Shown one piece after another: positions 7,995 through 11,444 of a stretch of DNA of 11,444 nt. Positions within the stretch are counted from its first letter, which is position 1. Each line of letters starts with the position of its first letter. The stretch is from an uncultured Erysipelotrichaceae bacterium. Its GTDB lineage: Bacteria > Bacillota_I > Bacilli_A > Erysipelotrichales > Erysipelotrichaceae. The notes beneath the pieces were generated by a model. It ran no database searches and was not told the DNA's origin. It saw only the letters and a list, made by a program, of their open reading frames with translations. The DNA lies in assembly GCA_964457525.1 (NCBI GenBank), contig CAYWGS010000047.1, forward strand, positions 1 to 11,444. The letters run 5' to 3'. The position numbers and the translations under genes are program-made.

Positions 7995-8074
7995 CTGGAC
8001 ATTTAAATGGGGCTAAACATTAAATTTTGAATGACAGAGAAATTTAAGCGCATAACGAAAGGGAAAAAATTTAA

Positions 8075-9688
8075 ATGTTAAGATCAATGTATTCTGGTGT
8101 TTCAGGCTTGAAAGCACACCAAACAAAAATGGATGTTATCGGGAATAATATCGCAAATGTTAATACCTATGGCTTTAAAAGTAGCCGAACAACATTCTCA
8201 GAAGTTTATTACCAAACAGTACGTTCCGCTTCTGGCGCAACAACCAATCAAGGGGGAATGAACGCTAACCAAATTGGTTATGGTGTTAATGTCGCTACAA
8301 TCGATGTTCAACATACACGTTCTGGTTTCCAAATGACGGACAATGGTATGGATGTGGCAATTGCAGGAGAAGGATTCTTCCAAGTTCAAGATGGAGATGG
8401 GAATGTATTCTATACACGTGCTGGAATGATTCGCATCGATTCGAGTGGTAATTTAGTTGATCAAAATGGAAACTTTGTACTTGGTGTAAGTGGTGATCCA
8501 TTAGGTAAGAGCCCAAGTGCTAATAAGATTCAAATCCAAGTACCATCCAACCAACCAATCCAATCGAGTATCACTGAGATTATCAATGGTATTTCACTCA
8601 ATCTAAACGCAAGTAATCCAAGTAAAGATGGTAATATTTCATTCAACTTTAACAGTAATTCCAACTTACCACTTGGGCAAAAGGTATCCGCAAGTATTAC
8701 ATCCAATGGCATCAATATTACCTTGAATGACAATGAAACATTTAATGATTTAAATGAACTCAATAATCGTATCAACCTAGCCATTCAAGAAGCGAATGGG
8801 GGTAAAGCACACCCTGCAGGAGACTTCAAATTCGAAGTGAATAGTGGTGTAATCGATTGGCCATTATCGGGTAAAGATATAACTAGTTCTGATTTTAATC
8901 CAAATCTTGGAAGTGTAAGTTTACCAAATGAGTTTAGTAATATGGGCTTTAAGTTCACCCAAGTTTCTAGCAAATTTACGGGAAGTGGTGACTTAGGGAT
9001 GAATATCAAACACAATACGAATCCAAAATCATACACTGTATCCATTGAAATTAATGGAAAAACATACTCAGGTAATATTCCTGAATCCGCTAAAACAAGT
9101 GGCAGTATTCGATTAGGATCTGATGAAGATGCGATTATCCTTGAACACCCAGGATTTGAAGCACTTCAAAAGAAACAAGTTGAATTGGCAGTCGCAGATG
9201 ATACTTCATTCTATGCGAATGATATTGTTGTGGCAGATGGAGCAAAAGCATCTACCGCAAGTAAAGCATTAGGCTTTGGTTCTAAAACATTTACACTCAG
9301 TGGTGGAACTGCTGGTGGAGCACAAAGTGTATCCGATTTAAGTAATATCGGAATTGGAGCAGATGGAGTTATTAGTGCAATTCACTCTCAATTAGGACTT
9401 ATCAATATTGGACGTATTGATATCGCAACATTCGAAAATCCGCAAGGCTTAATCCAAGAAGGAAATACGTATTTCTCAGTATCGGCTAACTCAGGACAAG
9501 CTAAGATTACCAATGCTGGATTAAACGGAGCAGGTGGTTTACAAGCAGGTGCTCTTGAAATGTCTAATGTAGACTTATCCAAAGAATTTGCAGATATGAT
9601 CACAACACAACGTGGATTCCAAGCAAGTTCAAGACTGATTACCGTATCAGATGAAATTCTAAATGAGTTGGTTAACCTCAAACGATAA
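8075..9688 (+). CDS. flgE: Flagellar hook protein FlgE (long form with enlarged central variable region)
   Basis: 537 aa. The N-terminus is canonical ('MLRSMYSGVSGLKAHQTKMDVIGNNIANVNTYGFKSSR'), followed by 'GEGFFQV...G...FYTRAG.......G.LV' and a FlaE-type segment ('IGADGVISAIHSQLGLINIGRIDIATFENPQGL'). The C-terminus is canonical ('LEMSNVDLSKEFADMITTQRGFQASSRLITVSDEILNELVNLKR'). Confidence 0.96.
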   Translation: MLRSMYSGVSGLKAHQTKMDVIGNNIANVNTYGFKSSRTTFSEVYYQTVRSASGATTNQGGMNANQIGYGVNVATIDVQHTRSGFQMTDNGMDVAIAGEGFFQVQDGDGNVFYTRAGMIRIDSSGNLVDQNGNFVLGVSGDPLGKSPSANKIQIQVPSNQPIQSSITEIINGISLNLNASNPSKDGNISFNFNSNSNLPLGQKVSASITSNGINITLNDNETFNDLNELNNRINLAIQEANGGKAHPAGDFKFEVNSGVIDWPLSGKDITSSDFNPNLGSVSLPNEFSNMGFKFTQVSSKFTGSGDLGMNIKHNTNPKSYTVSIEINGKTYSGNIPESAKTSGSIRLGSDEDAIILEHPGFEALQKKQVELAVADDTSFYANDIVVADGAKASTASKALGFGSKTFTLSGGTAGGAQSVSDLSNIGIGADGVISAIHSQLGLINIGRIDIATFENPQGLIQEGNTYFSVSANSGQAKITNAGLNGAGGLQAGALEMSNVDLSKEFADMITTQRGFQASSRLITVSDEILNELVNLKR

Positions 9689-9690
9689 TT

Positions 9691-9903
9691 ATGATTGAAC
9701 TAACAAAACTTAACGGAGTACGCTTTGTACTCAATGAGGATTTAATTGAAACGGTACAAGAAAATCCTGACACAACCATCGTATTAACAAACGGAAACCT
9801 ATATATCGTTCAAGAAGCGATGGATAGGGTAATTGAATTATGCAAAATATACAAGAAAGACTTATATCACAATATTTTAGAAGGTGAAGTAAAGGAGGGA
9901 TAG
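9691..9903 (+). CDS. flbD: Flagellar protein FlbD
   Basis: 70 aa. 'MIELTKLNGVRFVLNEDLIETVQENPDTTIVLTNGNLYIVQEAMDRVIE' matches the FlbD family pattern (MI.LT.LNG..F.LN..LIE.VE..PDT.I.L.NG.K..V.E). The flgE-flbD-motA-motB synteny is typical. Confidence 0.87.
   Translation: MIELTKLNGVRFVLNEDLIETVQENPDTTIVLTNGNLYIVQEAMDRVIELCKIYKKDLYHNILEGEVKEG
9891..9898 (+). promoter_or_regulatory. Shine-Dalgarno sequence (AAAGGAGG) for motA
   Basis: AAAGGAGG lies 6 nt upstream of ATG 9905, inside the end of flbD. Confidence 0.7.
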
Positions 9904-9904
9904 A

Positions 9905-10741
9905 ATGGATATTATCGGTTTAGTTGGTTTAGTTCTCGCTCTAGCCCTTATGGTATTTGGAGTTGTATTTACTGAATCAAGTTTTGTATTTTCAAACTTA
10001 ATCAACTTCATTGACTATCCCAGTGTAGCCATTACCATTGGAGGAACATTTGCGGTCCTCATGGTTTCATACTCGATTGAGAGTTTTATAAAGATTCCAA
10101 CCCACTTGAAGATTGTCTTCTTCCCTGAAAAGTATGATCCAATGTCATACATCAGTACTCTAACGGGTTTTGCGAAAGAAGCACGTATTAAAGGTTTATT
10201 ATCGATAGAAAGTAAACTTGCGGATGTTAAGGACGAGTTTATGAAAAAGAGTCTGATGTTAGTCGTAGACTCAATTGATGCGGAAAAGGTCAATCAAATA
10301 CTTGAAACAGAACTTGATTACTTAGAAGCTCGTCATATTGCGGATATGGAATTCTATTCTAAAGGAGCTGCTTATGCACCTGCCTTCGGTATGATTGGAA
10401 CCCTGATTGGGCTTGTTAATATGTTACAACAAATGTCTGATCCAAACAGTATTGGACCCGCTATGGCAGTCGCATTACTCACAACACTCTATGGATCGAT
10501 GTTGGCAAATATCTTCTTCTTACCGGTTGCCAATAAACTTAAAATCCGACATGAAGATGAAATGGTTTGTAAGATGATTGTTGCTGAAGGAGTTAAAGCC
10601 ATTCAAGCTGGAGAGAACCCTCGTTTCATTGAAGAAAAATTATTATTGTTAATTGAATCAAAGAAACGTGATCCAAAAGCAAATGAAGCAAAAGCAGATA
10701 AGAAGGCTAAGAATCTTCAAACAAAGAAAGCTGATGCTTAG
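9905..10741 (+). CDS. motA: Flagellar stator protein MotA (MotA/TolQ/ExbB channel family)
   Basis: 278 aa with four predicted TM segments. The conserved 'APAFGMIGTLIGLV' and 'ALLTTLYGSMLANIFFLPVANKL' motifs include both functionally conserved prolines. The C-terminal tail is Lys/Ala-rich. Confidence 0.93.
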   Translation: MDIIGLVGLVLALALMVFGVVFTESSFVFSNLINFIDYPSVAITIGGTFAVLMVSYSIESFIKIPTHLKIVFFPEKYDPMSYISTLTGFAKEARIKGLLSIESKLADVKDEFMKKSLMLVVDSIDAEKVNQILETELDYLEARHIADMEFYSKGAAYAPAFGMIGTLIGLVNMLQQMSDPNSIGPAMAVALLTTLYGSMLANIFFLPVANKLKIRHEDEMVCKMIVAEGVKAIQAGENPRFIEEKLLLLIESKKRDPKANEAKADKKAKNLQTKKADA

Positions 10742-10748
10742 TTGATGT

Positions 10749-11444
10749 ATGGCAAGAAAAAGAAGAAAACCCGCTGAAGGTGGAAGTAACGAATGGTTGA
10801 ATACCTATGCGGACATGGTAACGCTCTTACTCTGTTTCTTCATCTTACTCTTTACGATGTCATCGATCGATGCAGAAAAATGGAAAACACTCATTCGCGC
10901 TTTCCAAAATCCAGAAGAGTTGGAAGAAATCGTTGAGAACGATAATACACCGACTGTTGAATCCGATAGTGAAGAGGTACAACTAGAAGATTTATCCTTT
11001 TTAAAGGATCACATGGAACAACTTATTAACCAAAGTGAATTTGCGGTCGATGTAGAGCTTGTTGGGAATGAGTCGATTGTATTTCTAAGACTTAGTAATA
11101 ATCTACTGTTTGCAGGAGATAGTGCAGTACTTCAATCCAATACGATGGAGTTCTTAGATTTAGTCGGTGATGCGATTAAAGAACATGAAGAAAGTATCAT
11201 GTTCATACGTATTAATGGTCATACCGCAACCGTTGATGAACGTCCAGGACGTGTTGTATCGGACCGAGTTCTTTCAACCGAAAGAGCAAATGCGGTACTC
11301 ATGTATTTAGAAGATATTAAGGGGATTTCACCTAACAAGTTAATTGCGATGGGTTATGGCAAAAACTACCCAATCGATACAAATGATACTGAAGAAGGTC
11401 GTTCTAAGAATCGTAGAGTTGAAATCCTAATTATGGGTAAGAGT
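10749..11444 (+). CDS. motB: Flagellar stator protein MotB (OmpA-like peptidoglycan-binding C-terminal domain); 3' end truncated by window
   Basis: This ORF is not in the ORF track because it runs off the window. I translated it by hand: MARKRRKPAEGGSNEWLNTYADMVTLLLCFFILLFTMSS...INGHTATVDERPGRVVSDRVLSTERANAVLMYLED...GYGKNYPIDTNDTEEGRSKNRRVEILIMGKS. It is open for 232 codons to the window end. It has the conserved channel Asp in 'YADMVTLLL' and the OmpA-family 'NRRVEI' motif. Confidence 0.92.
   Translation, partial: MARKRRKPAEGGSNEWLNTYADMVTLLLCFFILLFTMSSIDAEKWKTLIRAFQNPEELEEIVENDNTPTVESDSEEVQLEDLSFLKDHMEQLINQSEFAVDVELVGNESIVFLRLSNNLLFAGDSAVLQSNTMEFLDLVGDAIKEHEESIMFIRINGHTATVDERPGRVVSDRVLSTERANAVLMYLEDIKGISPNKLIAMGYGKNYPIDTNDTEEGRSKNRRVEILIMGKS

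Noticed and set aside
8021-8055. A sigma-28/SigD-type promoter upstream of flgE. GCGCATAA at 8048-8055 resembles the GCCGATAA -10 element.
   Set aside because: No TAAA -35 element lies at the required spacing of about 15 nt. The nearest TAAA, at 8021-8024, is 23 nt away. The two central positions of the -10 are also mismatched.
8031-8081. A 16-codon Lys-rich upstream ORF (MTEKFKRITKGKKFKC) that overlaps the flgE start codon, as a possible leader peptide.
   Set aside because: There is no Shine-Dalgarno sequence before its ATG, and Lys-rich translation is expected by chance from A-rich sequence. Nothing supports its expression.
10663-10738. The Lys/Ala-rich C-terminal tail of MotA (KKRDPKANEAKADKKAKNLQTKKADA), as a possible extra functional module.
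   Set aside because: It is short, low-complexity and cytoplasmic. MotA C-termini are variable in length across species, and no motif is recognisable.
1-11444. I searched for a hidden accessory or defence system, mobile element, CRISPR array, tRNA or other ncRNA.
   Set aside because: Coding density is near 100% on one strand. Every ORF is accounted for by a flagellar function in conserved order. There are no direct or inverted terminal repeats, integrase, transposase or nuclease-like ORFs, and no repeat-spacer structure.

Overview
The window is AT-rich and every credible gene lies on the + strand. It is a tightly packed core flagellar operon with gene order typical of Bacillota (Clostridia/Erysipelotrichia-like): flgB-flgC-fliE-fliF-fliG-fliH-fliI-fliJ-fliK(like)-flgD-small conserved flagellar-operon ORF-flgE-flbD-motA-motB. 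motB runs off the 3' end of the window. Genes are separated by 0-20 nt or overlap (TAATG at fliF/fliG, ATGA at fliI/fliJ, a 14-nt fliG/fliH overlap), and most have clear Shine-Dalgarno sequences, so this is one translationally coupled transcription unit. I see no tRNA or rRNA, CRISPR array, mobile element, or toxin or defence-like cassette, and I find no evidence for a novel multi-gene system. This is an ordinary core-function locus. Five points deserve a second look. (1) fliF, the MS-ring gene, is interrupted by a single in-frame TAA at 1892-1894 while every neighbouring gene is intact. (2) FlgC carries an atypical version of the normally near-invariant N-terminal rod motif. (3) Stop-codon usage is strongly skewed to TAG, with 10 of 14 natural terminators. 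(4) FlgE (537 aa) carries a large Asn/Ser-rich central variable region. (5) The only sizeable non-coding gap, 80 nt upstream of flgE, contains repeated ATTTAAAT-type motifs. All product calls rest on my recognition of conserved motifs in the supplied translations; no database search was possible.
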